64,000 nucleotides of DNA. Source: Mageeibacillus sp. UBA3781. GTDB taxonomy: Bacteria; Bacillota; Clostridia; Saccharofermentanales; Saccharofermentanaceae. A model generated the notes under the pieces. It was not told the DNA's origin, did no database searches, and worked only from the letters and a program-made list of their open reading frames with translations. Shown here one piece after another: positions 27,536-37,092 of this stretch (position 1 is its first letter; every line of letters begins with the position of its first letter). Location of the stretch: assembly GCA_002368805.1 (NCBI GenBank), contig DFFH01000130.1:10863-74862 (forward strand). Reading direction: 5' to 3'. The translations under genes were made by a program, and so were the position numbers.

Positions 27536-29983
27536 TCAGAGGAATGACAGATCCTTCTTTCTCTTTTTCGCCTTTCTCCAGCGCATCAGTCCCTTAAAGA
27601 AATGACCGTTGAACATCATGACGAGGGCATCCATCTGTTCGATCGTGATTTTTCCCATCGAGAAAGAAGCTACCGTACGAAGAGGCATCTCTCTTGTCAT
27701 AACGATATTCATCCGGCGGAGATGTTCCTGGGTCTCTTTCTTATTTTTCTTTTTGATCCCGTGCATGACACTTCTGTAGAACAGCTTGCTCTTCAGATTT
27801 CCGTTACGGAGATCCTCCAGTGCGGAGTTCAGAGTAAACTCACCTTTTCCCGGTGCTTTTTCATCTTCGATCGGCTTACCATACACCTCTTCAAACTGTT
27901 TCTTATCAAAGATCTTCGTCTGGACGTCCAGATTGTAATACTGCGGGGATTTCGCAGTATAATCCGGGACTTCGACTTCCGGTCTGGAGGAAGTTACAGT
28001 GATCTCACGTACTGCGCGGATATCTCTGGAAGACGCACCGATCTCGATCTTATATGTTCCCGACTCGACATGCCAGTCGCCGATCTGCGTATTGTAATAA
28101 GCAAATGCACGCTTATCGAGTTCAAACTCTACTGTTCTTGTCTCACCGCGCTGGATGAATACTTTCTTAAATGCGGCAAGCTGGCGCACCGGCTTATATA
28201 TCTTCGATTTCGGCGGTGCAATATAGAGCTGGACAGCTTCTTTACCATCAACTTCACTGATATTCGTAATATTGATAGAAACCGTCAGCGGATCCCCTTC
28301 TTTGATCTCCGAAGAAGTAAGACTGATATCTCCATAGGAATACGACGAATAAGAAAGGCCGTGTCCAAACGGGAAAAGCACCGGCATGTTCGCCGCATCA
28401 TAATAGCGGTATCCGACAAAGACGCTCTCGCAATACAGAGACTGCCTGTTCTCGCCAAAATAGAGGTATGTCGGCGTATCTGTCAGCTTAAGAGGGAAAG
28501 TTTCCGCCAGTTTTCCGGACGGATTCACTTTTCCGTAAAGGATATCCGCGATACTTCCCGCGCCTTCCTGTCCGGGGAGATATGCCATCAGGATCGATCT
28601 GACCTGGGATACCCACGGCATCTCGATCGGAGAACCCGCATAAACGACCACGCAGACATTACTGTTCTTACGGACGACTTCTTCGATCAGCCTGGTATGC
28701 GACTTCGGAAGATTCATATGTGTACGGTCAAAAGACTCGGATTCAAAGCTTTCGGGAAGTCCGACAAAGATAACGACCACGTCTTTATTCGCCGCAGCAT
28801 CCACTGCTGCAGCAAGGAGCTTTTCATCCACTTCCTCGGTCTCCAGAGAGTAACCCGGTTCATAGACAAAATTGCCGCTCGCTTCCGAGAAACCACTGAT
28901 CGCATCGGTTACATTTGTCGGATGGATATGGGAGCTTCCGCCGCCCTGGTATCTGGTTTGTTTTGCCATCGCACCGAGAACAGCCACACTCTTTCCTTCC
29001 TTGATCGGAAGGAGTCCGTCATTTTTCAGAAGCACGGCCGACTCTTCAAATGCCTGCTTTGCAAGCACTCTATGATTAAGATAAGGTGACGATGTCGGTG
29101 CCGGCTTATTCATGCCTTTTTCGATAAGTGTCAGGAGGCGCTCGACAGCGCGGTCAAGAAGTGCGACCGGCAGTTTTCCGGACTCGATCGCTTCACAGAT
29201 CAAGCGGTCACGTTCACCGACAGAAGATGGCATTTCGAGGTCAAGTCCGGCAGCGAGTGCATCAAGACGGTTATTTGTTGCACCCCAGTCGCTCATAACA
29301 ACACCGTCAAATCCCCACTCATCCCGAAGAATGTCAGTAAGGAGTCTTCTGTTCTCACAGCAGTAGGTGCCGTTCAACCGGTTATATGCACCCATGACTG
29401 TCCATGGTCTTGACTCTTTCACTACCGTTTCAAAAGCGGAAAGATATATCTCACGAAGAGCACGCTCATCCACGATCGAGTCGTTGATAAGACGTGATTT
29501 CTCCTGGCTGTTAGCGGCAAAGTGCTTAACGGATGTACCGACTCCCATGCTCTGCACACCTTTGACCCATGCCGCGCCCATCTTTCCGGCGAGGTACGGA
29601 TCTTCAGAAACATACTCGAAATTTCTTCCGCAGAGAGGAGAACGCTTGATATTGATCGCAGGTCCTAAAACGATGGAAACATCCTGATCGACCGCCTCTT
29701 CACCGATGGCACGGCCGATAGCATCCATCAATTCGACATTAAATGAATTCGCGGTCGTGGCTGCCGGCGGGAAGCATGTTGCTTCACGGCTGTCTCCTGC
29801 ACCGGTCCTTCCTTCTACAGACTCCTGCTTACGAAGTCCGTGAGGGCCATCCGTCATCATGATCGATGGCACATTATTGATCGGCAGTCTTTGTGTGCGC
29901 CAGAAATCATATCCGGAACACAAAGAAGCTTTCTGTTTCACAGAGAGTTTACTCATTAAAGAAGAAACAAATTCCGAAGCCAT
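27536..29983 (-). CDS. glycoside hydrolase family 3 beta-glucosidase with FnIII-like domain and C-terminal extension
   Basis: Carries MMTDGPHGLRKQ and KHFAANSQE. GFDGVVMSDW holds the nucleophile Asp motif. The protein spans the GH3 N and C domains and an Fn3-like domain. The probable start is MASEFV at 29983. Confidence 0.9.
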   Translation of the reverse strand: MASEFVSSLMSKLSVKQKASLCSGYDFWRTQRLPINNVPSIMMTDGPHGLRKQESVEGRTGAGDSREATCFPPAATTANSFNVELMDAIGRAIGEEAVDQDVSIVLGPAINIKRSPLCGRNFEYVSEDPYLAGKMGAAWVKGVQSMGVGTSVKHFAANSQEKSRLINDSIVDERALREIYLSAFETVVKESRPWTVMGAYNRLNGTYCCENRRLLTDILRDEWGFDGVVMSDWGATNNRLDALAAGLDLEMPSSVGERDRLICEAIESGKLPVALLDRAVERLLTLIEKGMNKPAPTSSPYLNHRVLAKQAFEESAVLLKNDGLLPIKEGKSVAVLGAMAKQTRYQGGGSSHIHPTNVTDAISGFSEASGNFVYEPGYSLETEEVDEKLLAAAVDAAANKDVVVIFVGLPESFESESFDRTHMNLPKSHTRLIEEVVRKNSNVCVVVYAGSPIEMPWVSQVRSILMAYLPGQEGAGSIADILYGKVNPSGKLAETFPLKLTDTPTYLYFGENRQSLYCESVFVGYRYYDAANMPVLFPFGHGLSYSSYSYGDISLTSSEIKEGDPLTVSINITNISEVDGKEAVQLYIAPPKSKIYKPVRQLAAFKKVFIQRGETRTVEFELDKRAFAYYNTQIGDWHVESGTYKIEIGASSRDIRAVREITVTSSRPEVEVPDYTAKSPQYYNLDVQTKIFDKKQFEEVYGKPIEDEKAPGKGEFTLNSALEDLRNGNLKSKLFYRSVMHGIKKKNKKETQEHLRRMNIVMTREMPLRTVASFSMGKITIEQMDALVMMFNGHFFKGLMRWRKAKKRKKDLSFL

Positions 29984-30066
29984 ACCTCGTCTCCTCGTCA
30001 AGAAATTCTTATTTCGTATCTTTATTATATCACTTGTATAAGGCAAGTGATAATCCCATCAGGCTA

Positions 30067-30095
30067 TTGCTATTCGTTTTCATATTTTGTATAAT
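30067..30095 (+). promoter_or_regulatory. putative sigma-A promoter of ssrA
   Basis: TTGCTA (30067..30072), a 17-nt spacer, then a TG-extended TATAAT (30090..30095). It sits ~35 nt upstream of the mature tmRNA 5' end, which is consistent with a precursor processed by RNase P. Confidence 0.55.
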
Positions 30096-30130
30096 CTCGA
30101 ATCATACACATGTTTGAGAGTTGTACATGT

Positions 30131-30509
30131 GGGGGCGCACTGGTTTCGACGGGGTCGTGGAGACTTGGAAAGCGGGTAGAGGATTCTCGTTGGCCTCTTA
30201 AAAAAACGAGAAATGCAAGTAATTGCAAACAACACACAACTCGTAGCTGCTTAATCTAGCTACCATCTCCCCGGTCTATCTGTCGGCCGGACCGGAGATG
30301 TCAGATGACAGACCTTACCTGTCGGCAGGTTAAACGGGACCACGCCTTCGGCAAAGCTTTGCGCCGGAGATGTATCTATGAAGCTACCGGAGATCTCTTC
30401 CTGTCCGTGGGAACGTGATCCAGGGGAATACTCCAAACACGGACTGCACCCGGAGATGTCCTTGTTGACGTGGTTTCGGACAGGAGTTCGATTCTCCTCG
30501 CCTCCACCA
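30131..30509 (+). ncRNA. ssrA: transfer-messenger RNA (tmRNA)
   Basis: The 5' end is GGGGGCGCACTGGTTTCGACGGGG and the 3' end is GGACAGGAGTTCGATTCTCCTCGCCTCCACCA. The acceptor stem has a G3:U pair. The internal tag frame GCA AAC AAC ACA CAA CTC GTA GCT GCT TAA gives (A)NNTQLVAA*. The tag start is uncertain. Confidence 0.9.
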
Positions 30510-30512
30510 GAT

Positions 30513-30555
30513 CACAACCCTGATCTTGATTTGAGATCGGAGTTGTGTTTTTTTA
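30513..30555 (+). terminator. rho-independent terminator of ssrA
   Basis: Stem cacaaccctgatct (30513..30526) / agatcggagttgtg (30534..30547) has 13 pairs and one mismatch. It is followed by tttttttatttt. Confidence 0.7.
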
Positions 30556-30587
30556 TTTTATAACTTGAGTGTGTTTTTTATAAAATA

Positions 30588-31727
30588 TCAGACTACGATA
30601 TCATCCGCTCTTTCATAAAAGAGGAAAAGATTCTCTGTCATCTGTCCGACTCTGGCCGCCGCCTGCATATTCAGCTGCATATCACCAAGATACGGTCTTG
30701 CAGCATCGCCTACTCCGCCAAAGATTTCCGGTGCTTCCTCCAAAGTATCGATGATGATCAGATGTGTCTTCGTCTCATCCTTCGGGAAAAGCATCAGGCC
30801 GTACCATGCACGCAGGATACGGGGCTCATTCTTCATATGCTCGCGCAGCGCATCAAAGAGATCCTCGGGGAGATTCTCCTCCTTCGGAACAGCAAGCATT
30901 ACCGGCTGCTTAGGATCCAGTTTCTGCTCACGGATATGGCTGTTTACCTTTCTCTTATGCAGAGCCAAAGCTTCCAGAAGCTGACGTGTGACTACAAATC
31001 CTTCGGTTTTCGGATTGATCAGGAGTCCATCTACAGGAGCCTGCTTGGTGATAATCATAATACGGGCAAAATCGATCGGCTGGATAAGTTTTTCCGGAAG
31101 ATCATTCATCAGTTCCAGCTCATGGGAATCTGTAAATGCTGCCAGATAATTCTTTCCGTCACTTCCTTTAAGAAGGGCAACTCCGACTTTGGCCTCGTCC
31201 CCTTCATTTCCCGGCTGATGCATGCAGGGCGTGAGGAACTTCGCTTCCGTCGCAATATTCTCCACGAGACGGGACATGAATTCTTTATCTTCCTGCAGCC
31301 TCTTGGCTTCACGCAGAAGACCGGTAAGATATGGATTAACCGGTTCTGTGGAAGGATCTTCTTCCGAATCCATCGAATTAACAGCGGACAGCACATCATA
31401 CTTATCCACATCTCCCTGACGAAGGCCTTCCAGAACGACAGAGACGTTTTCTCCGACTTCCGCCTTAGGCATCTTATTCATCAGCGTATCCTCTACACGG
31501 AGTGCCGTAGTCTTGATCGCTTTGTTATTCCGTCCGAGAAGGAAGAGCTGCTGTCCGGGTTGAACTGTATCTCCGCGTACATTTCCGATAATGGAAACTT
31601 CCGTAGATGTCATCGAGAGGACTTCCTCTACAAGGATCGTAAGAAAAGGATACTTGATCGTTACTTCTCCCTGCTTTTCCTCTTCATTTCTTTCAACCTT
31701 ATTATTCTTTCTGTCAAACAAACCCAT
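30588..31727 (-). CDS. SseB-family protein with N-terminal EF-Tu domain-II-like beta-barrel
   Basis: Residues ~25-115 (FLTILVEEVLSMTSTEVSIIGNVRGDTVQPGQQLFLLG...AEVGENVSVVLEGLRQGDVDKYDVLSA) follow the translation-factor domain 2 pattern. The remainder resembles SseB N- and C-terminal modules (LAAFTDSHEL, LLINPKTEGF). Assignment is by motif recall. Confidence 0.55.
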   Translation of the reverse strand: MGLFDRKNNKVERNEEEKQGEVTIKYPFLTILVEEVLSMTSTEVSIIGNVRGDTVQPGQQLFLLGRNNKAIKTTALRVEDTLMNKMPKAEVGENVSVVLEGLRQGDVDKYDVLSAVNSMDSEEDPSTEPVNPYLTGLLREAKRLQEDKEFMSRLVENIATEAKFLTPCMHQPGNEGDEAKVGVALLKGSDGKNYLAAFTDSHELELMNDLPEKLIQPIDFARIMIITKQAPVDGLLINPKTEGFVVTRQLLEALALHKRKVNSHIREQKLDPKQPVMLAVPKEENLPEDLFDALREHMKNEPRILRAWYGLMLFPKDETKTHLIIIDTLEEAPEIFGGVGDAARPYLGDMQLNMQAAARVGQMTENLFLFYERADDIVV

Positions 31728-31766
31728 TTTTTAGCATTCCTTTTCCATTATTTGTTTTGGGGTGAA

Positions 31767-32873
31767 TCACCCGAGACTTACTTCTTTTTTAATGATCGTT
31801 TCCCACAGTACTTTGATACCATGTTCCACATCGTTTAGCGAATTCGCCTTAATCGGCAGCGAAACAAGCTTTATCTGATACGGATCAAGACCTGCTTCTT
31901 TTATATCATCCGTCAGGATGGTAAAAATACCCGTCTGTCTTCCGTAAGGCGGCACATAGATCGCCTGATTTCCTACTTTGAATACCGTTTTATCAAGGGT
32001 GATCTCACCGTCATCAATAAGGAACTGCAGATAGTCCGTCGTCTTATTGATAAATGTGTAGTACACACAAAAACGGGTATCAGAGACCTCGAAACGATCG
32101 ATCACGAACTGAGCACCTTCCGTGTCATACACGATCTCTGAATCTTCAGGTAATTCTTCCGGCTCATAGTGAAAAGCAGCCTCTTCCTGAGGGAACAGAT
32201 TTACCGGAACATAGTTCAGCTTATTTACCGGGTCGGCAAGGACAGCAGTCTGATCAGACGAAGCAGGCACAGCAAGAAGAAGGAATGAAATACGAGTCGG
32301 AACCGTACCATCATACTCTTTAAAGCACTGAATAAAGTTCGTCTCATCCTCTAATACGCTATGCGCATTGATCACATCCGTATAGTACACTCTGTCATTA
32401 CATTCATTATTAAAGATCGGATTTCGAAGATAAAGTGTATATGCAACGTCCGACTTATTCTCGAACTCTGATTTTACGATATACCCGTCCGGTGTTGCTT
32501 CAGAACTGACGATCGTAAAACGGAAAAACTCGTTATCCACGACAGTTGCATTCTCTAAAGGTCCGCTGAAATACCCGTCCACATCATTTGTAAGTCCCAG
32601 AGATGTCTGGGTAACAGGTATCGGTGTAGGTGTCGGAAGCGCAACATTCTCAGCAAAGATCTCCCCGTTACTGATAAACTGATCAAGGGATCCCACGTTC
32701 ATCAGATATTGAAAAGAGGGAGTTGTTTCCGAAGAGGATTCCTCCGTTTCATCTTCTTCCGATGTCTCTTCTTCTGTTTCAGTGGCTTTTTGCTTACGAT
32801 GAAGCTTACAGGAAGGCAATAACGCAACACAAAGTATGACAGATATAATCGCAATAAGTCTTTGTCTCTTCAC
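31767..32873 (-). CDS. hypothetical lipoprotein
   Basis: Signal peptide plus lipobox MKRQRLIAIISVILCVALLPSC, then an acidic Ser/Thr/Glu linker. Two beta-rich modules follow. Confidence 0.6.
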   Translation of the reverse strand: MKRQRLIAIISVILCVALLPSCKLHRKQKATETEEETSEEDETEESSSETTPSFQYLMNVGSLDQFISNGEIFAENVALPTPTPIPVTQTSLGLTNDVDGYFSGPLENATVVDNEFFRFTIVSSEATPDGYIVKSEFENKSDVAYTLYLRNPIFNNECNDRVYYTDVINAHSVLEDETNFIQCFKEYDGTVPTRISFLLLAVPASSDQTAVLADPVNKLNYVPVNLFPQEEAAFHYEPEELPEDSEIVYDTEGAQFVIDRFEVSDTRFCVYYTFINKTTDYLQFLIDDGEITLDKTVFKVGNQAIYVPPYGRQTGIFTILTDDIKEAGLDPYQIKLVSLPIKANSLNDVEHGIKVLWETIIKKEVSLG

Positions 32874-32939
32874 TTTGAAGCCTCCGAATCAGAATAAACT
32901 GATTTATTTTACCACAAAGACGAGCCTACAACAAATTGA

Positions 32940-34202
32940 TCAGTGCTTCTGCATCGTTGCAACAAATTCGGCGATCGCCTGACAGATCTTAAACTGCTCA
33001 TTCGCATCCTGAAGTCTGGTTTCATCATCGCTGTTCGTCAGATAACCCATGCGGACCATAAAGGACGGCACCGAGGAAGCCCAGTTAAGACCGGTATAGT
33101 TTCCGCTTGCCTTGCATCCGGCAAAAGCACAGCCCGTCTTCGTTTCGATCATCTTTCCGAGCGTCTCTCCCCAGGAAGGAAGCTGCTGTGCATATTTCCC
33201 CGAAGAAGGAACGATCACTTCACAGCCGCTGGTCTTTGAATCATTGGCAGCATTGCAGTACAGGCGGATAAAGAGATCCGGATCATGCTCTACAGCAAAT
33301 TCGGCACGTTCTTTATTGGAGATATCGACATCATTCGTCTCACGGGTAAGGAATACCTCGCATCCGAGAGATTCGAGATAGTCTTTCAGAAGGAGTGCTG
33401 TTTCCAGATTGATCTCCGACTCATCTCTTCCGGTGACCGTACCGATAAAACCCTGTGCGGATCTATCCTTGGATCCGCCCATGGAGGATGACATCACTTC
33501 AGGTTCCTTGCTGGCTTCCGCCTGATGCCCCGGGTCGATCACCACTTTATATCCGGCAAGTGCCGGTCCGCCTGCCGGGAAAGGTGTCGCCGCAGGAGTC
33601 GGGGTCGGTGCCGGTGTTGTTTCTTCGGTAGTCGTACTCTCGGATTCAGGAGAAGTAGTCGTTGTCTGGGATAAAGTAGTAAGAGATGTCACCGAAGTGG
33701 AAGTATTCGATGTATCTTTCGACTTGGAAGTAAAATGCGAAACAGCAAAGAAAATACCGGTTCCGATAGCTGCGATCACCAAAATGATCGTGGTTGCCAG
33801 ACAGATGGATACGAGTCTTCTTCTTGCTTCCAGTTTCGGATCCTTTAATCTTCTTCTGGTATTGTTACCGGGTCTTCCGGGACCGGCACCCTGAGAAGGA
33901 CGCACAGGAGCTCCCTGCGTCGGACGCGTGGAGGCAGCCGCCGCCGGGCGTCTCGGTTCAGTCTGGACATTCTCGCGTGCAGGCGTTGCTTTCGGAGGTT
34001 CATTTGAAGGAGAAGTATTTAATGACTTGGGGGCTCCGGAAGACGGGACACGGCGGATCTCACTCATAAGCGAAGAAAGATCCAGCGCCTGGTTCTGCTC
34101 GGGAACCGCTTTATCTCTATTCATCAGATCACTAAGATCCGGGACACCACCATTCGGAGTTCTTTCCGCTCCATGATTCAGTTTGTCATCTTCGCCGTTC
34201 AT
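32940..34202 (-). CDS. membrane-anchored N-acetylmuramoyl-L-alanine amidase (Amidase_3)-like protein
   Basis: Has a disordered N-terminus, one TM segment and a Ser/Thr linker. The amidase_3 core follows: VVIDPGHQ, ESEINLETALLLKDYLESLGCEVFLTRETND, DLFIRLYCNAA and PSFMVRMGYLTNSDDE. Confidence 0.8.
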   Translation of the reverse strand: MNGEDDKLNHGAERTPNGGVPDLSDLMNRDKAVPEQNQALDLSSLMSEIRRVPSSGAPKSLNTSPSNEPPKATPARENVQTEPRRPAAAASTRPTQGAPVRPSQGAGPGRPGNNTRRRLKDPKLEARRRLVSICLATTIILVIAAIGTGIFFAVSHFTSKSKDTSNTSTSVTSLTTLSQTTTTSPESESTTTEETTPAPTPTPAATPFPAGGPALAGYKVVIDPGHQAEASKEPEVMSSSMGGSKDRSAQGFIGTVTGRDESEINLETALLLKDYLESLGCEVFLTRETNDVDISNKERAEFAVEHDPDLFIRLYCNAANDSKTSGCEVIVPSSGKYAQQLPSWGETLGKMIETKTGCAFAGCKASGNYTGLNWASSVPSFMVRMGYLTNSDDETRLQDANEQFKICQAIAEFVATMQKH

Positions 34203-34406
34203 TGCTATTTCCCTTCAAACATAAACTTACATGTTAGATTCTAACACAGCTCATGTAGCAGAGAATTTACAGCTTTGAGTATCCTTTATTACAGATTCAC
34301 TCTTTTCCGATACGTATTATGACGAAAACAGCATGTAAAAATGTTTTGAATTTTCAAAGAGAATCGTATAAAATTATATTAATTTTTTTATTTAGGGGAT
34401 GAATCT

Positions 34407-35558
34407 GTGACTACGAAAGAAGCGATTGTGATCGGACTCGGTATTTCAGGCTGTTCAGCTGCACGCCTGCTTGCCGAATCAGGCTATACGGTCACTTGTT
34501 TCGAGGGCGAATCCCACATTGGCGGGTCCTTATTCGAAGAAGTGCGTCCAAATGGTATTCGTGTCCAGTCGCGCGGTCCTTCTGTATTTCATACCGATAA
34601 CGAGAAAGTATATCAGTTCATCAAGCGCTTCGGTGCTTTCTTTCCGTATAACCACCGGGTCTTTCTATCGTATCAGAATAAGATCGTTCCTCTTCCTCTC
34701 AATGCAAATTCACTTCAGGTGATCTTCGGAAACAGACAGTCTGATGCTCTTCTCTCCAGGCTTTCCGCCGCTTTTCCGGGAATAAAGCGCATATCTGTCG
34801 ATCGTCTTATTGATTCTCACGATGCGAAACTGATCGATCTCGGACGGTTCATTATCGAGAATATCCTTATCCAGAACATAAACAGGAAAGACGGAAGTTC
34901 TTTTATACCTGCGGATGATTCTTATACCAATGATGCATATGTCGATATCGGAAACGATGACTGCTACTATACCGACAGCATCCAGGCCATGCCGATGCAG
35001 GGCTTTATGTCGATCATGGAACACATGATCGATCACCCGGCGATCAGCGTTTACCTGAATACAGACGCACTTTCACGTATCGCTGTGCATCAGGACAATT
35101 CAACGATACTCTTTGACGGAGTCCCCTTCAAGGGACCGATCATTTACACTCCGTCTCTGGATAAATTCTTTCACTATCGTCTGGGCGCACTTCCCTACCG
35201 CACTTGCCGGGTCTCCTTCCGGGATGTTGATACGGATTTCCAGAATGAATGCGCTGTATTACTTACACCGAAAAATAAAGAAACCATCCGTATCACGGAA
35301 AGCAAATACATGACACTGCAGGATATCAGCGGACAGACCAGTCTTATGCTGGAATCTCCATATGTATCTTTTACCAAAGGGATCTCAGAGCCATTTGAGC
35401 CGGTGATCAATGACGAAAGCAGGGAATTATATAATCAGTATCTGCGCCTGGCAAAAGAATGTCCTTCTCTTCACCTTTTAGGCCGTTTCGCATGTTTCCG
35501 GAATCTCTCGATCGCAGAGAGTATCGAGCAGGCGATCGATACCGTCACAGGTATCTGA
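34407..35558 (+). CDS. glf: UDP-galactopyranose mutase
   Basis: The GTG start gives MTTKEAIVIGLGISGCSAARLLAESGYTVTCFEGESHIGG, the FAD Rossmann motif. Downstream, GPSVFHTDNEKVYQFIKRF is typical of Glf. Confidence 0.85.
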   Translation: MTTKEAIVIGLGISGCSAARLLAESGYTVTCFEGESHIGGSLFEEVRPNGIRVQSRGPSVFHTDNEKVYQFIKRFGAFFPYNHRVFLSYQNKIVPLPLNANSLQVIFGNRQSDALLSRLSAAFPGIKRISVDRLIDSHDAKLIDLGRFIIENILIQNINRKDGSSFIPADDSYTNDAYVDIGNDDCYYTDSIQAMPMQGFMSIMEHMIDHPAISVYLNTDALSRIAVHQDNSTILFDGVPFKGPIIYTPSLDKFFHYRLGALPYRTCRVSFRDVDTDFQNECAVLLTPKNKETIRITESKYMTLQDISGQTSLMLESPYVSFTKGISEPFEPVINDESRELYNQYLRLAKECPSLHLLGRFACFRNLSIAESIEQAIDTVTGI

Positions 35559-35560
35559 TA

Positions 35561-37003
35561 TTACTCTTCAGATTCCAGCGTATATACCGAGATCGGAATA
35601 TCCTCCGGACGCTGCATTACCACACGGAAGTACACTCTCTCATCGCACTTCACATTGACCTTGAGTCGGACAGAACCGGTCGTTTCCACATTTGCCATAT
35701 CCACATATGCAGACAGATCAGATGCCGTAAGGTTCTCGACAACGTTCTTACGTCCGACGATACGTACGGTGACATTCTGAATCGGATACTGTGAAGACAG
35801 ATTCTTCTCTGTCATCACGTCAGAATTCTCGTATTGAAGTTGAAGCGTAAATGTCTTCTCTGTGACCGGGTTGGTCGTAACCTGAATATACATCCACAGC
35901 ATAAGCGAGAAAACAAACGAGATCAGAAGCAGAAGCGGACTTGCCGAGCGCTTTTTCTTCTTCGCCTTATTCATCTTTCTTGCAACAGACGGGACGGTCT
36001 CATCATCACGTTCATCATCCGAGGCATCTCTGGATGATGCCGCAACAGAAAACGCAGTGACCGGTTCTGCGGCAGAAGCTGCGACAGCCACATTCTTCTT
36101 CCCGTTTTTCTTATTATGTTTCTTGCTTCTGATCGCATGCTTGTTTGTAGATACCGAAGTAATACCGAGAAGATAGAACAGATTCTTTCTGAGGTCCTGG
36201 CCGTCTTTCATCTCGTAAAGGGTCCCATCAACGGCAACAGAGATCGTTCCTCTTTCCTCCGATACAACAACTGCGATCGTATCACCGATCTCACTGGCGC
36301 CGACCGCCGCTCTGTGTCTGGTTCCGTAACGCTCGATCATATGAAGTGTCTCGGACAGCGGAACATGGCATCTTGCAGCGATGATCCTTCCGTCACGGAT
36401 CAAAAGGGCACCATCATGCATCGGAGAACCTTTATAAAATATCGACTGAAGCATCGAATTCGTAACGGAGGAATCAAGTCGTACCACATTCTCCTGCTTA
36501 AGAAGCTCAGACAGCTTTGTCGATCTTTCGAGGAGCATGATCGCTCCTGTATAGGTCTTGCTCATTTCCGTACAAGCCTTGACGATCTCATCGACCATCG
36601 TCACATATTTCAGCTGCTCATCGGAATCGTCATTCAGGATCACATTCGAAAATGACGAGAAAGATTTAAGACCTACAGTCTCCAGCGCATGACGGAGTTC
36701 CGGCTGGAAGATAACAACAAACAGGATCGCTATGATATAAAGGAGTTTGTTAAAGATATATCCGACCATCTCCAGTCCGAGGAAGCTGCATACCAGAACA
36801 AATGCCAGTATAAGAAGTACACCTTTCAGCAGCTGCCATGCACGGGTATCACGGATAATACGGAGAATATTGTAAAGAACGAATGTGACCAGAAGAATAT
36901 CGATGACGTAACGGACAAGATCCAGCGGTCCGCCAAAGAACATGTAACCGCTGTCCAGACTGGAAAAGACTTCACGGATAAAATCTGTGAAATTCTCGAA
37001 CAT
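35561..37003 (-). CDS. cdaA: diadenylate cyclase CdaA fused to a TM + single YbbR (CdaR-like) domain
   Basis: N-terminal TM helices are followed by a DAC domain (SPMHDGALLI, YGTRHRAAVGASE). After a basic linker comes MNKAKKKKRSASPLLLLISFVFSLMLWMYIQ (internal ATG at 35974). A YbbR-like module follows (PIQNVTVRIVGRKNVVENLTASDLSAYVDMANVETTGSVRLKVNV). Confidence 0.85.
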   Translation of the reverse strand: MFENFTDFIREVFSSLDSGYMFFGGPLDLVRYVIDILLVTFVLYNILRIIRDTRAWQLLKGVLLILAFVLVCSFLGLEMVGYIFNKLLYIIAILFVVIFQPELRHALETVGLKSFSSFSNVILNDDSDEQLKYVTMVDEIVKACTEMSKTYTGAIMLLERSTKLSELLKQENVVRLDSSVTNSMLQSIFYKGSPMHDGALLIRDGRIIAARCHVPLSETLHMIERYGTRHRAAVGASEIGDTIAVVVSEERGTISVAVDGTLYEMKDGQDLRKNLFYLLGITSVSTNKHAIRSKKHNKKNGKKNVAVAASAAEPVTAFSVAASSRDASDDERDDETVPSVARKMNKAKKKKRSASPLLLLISFVFSLMLWMYIQVTTNPVTEKTFTLQLQYENSDVMTEKNLSSQYPIQNVTVRIVGRKNVVENLTASDLSAYVDMANVETTGSVRLKVNVKCDERVYFRVVMQRPEDIPISVYTLESEE

Positions 37004-37092
37004 GACGCATCCCCTCCTGATCAATTCTATTTATTATAGCACATTCATCTCAGATATGGCGAGACACATAAGAAACAGAAAATCAGGGAGTA

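Noticed and set aside
30378-30563. 61-aa ORF downstream of the GH3 gene.
   Set aside because: It lies entirely within the tmRNA gene and its terminator.
30510-30590. Possible genomic-island insertion at the ssrA 3' end, and likewise at tRNA-Leu (60279..60361).
   Set aside because: No integrase, excisionase or phage genes flank either RNA gene. I did not see a second copy of the tmRNA or tRNA 3' end that could serve as an attR. The neighbouring genes look like ordinary chromosomal genes.
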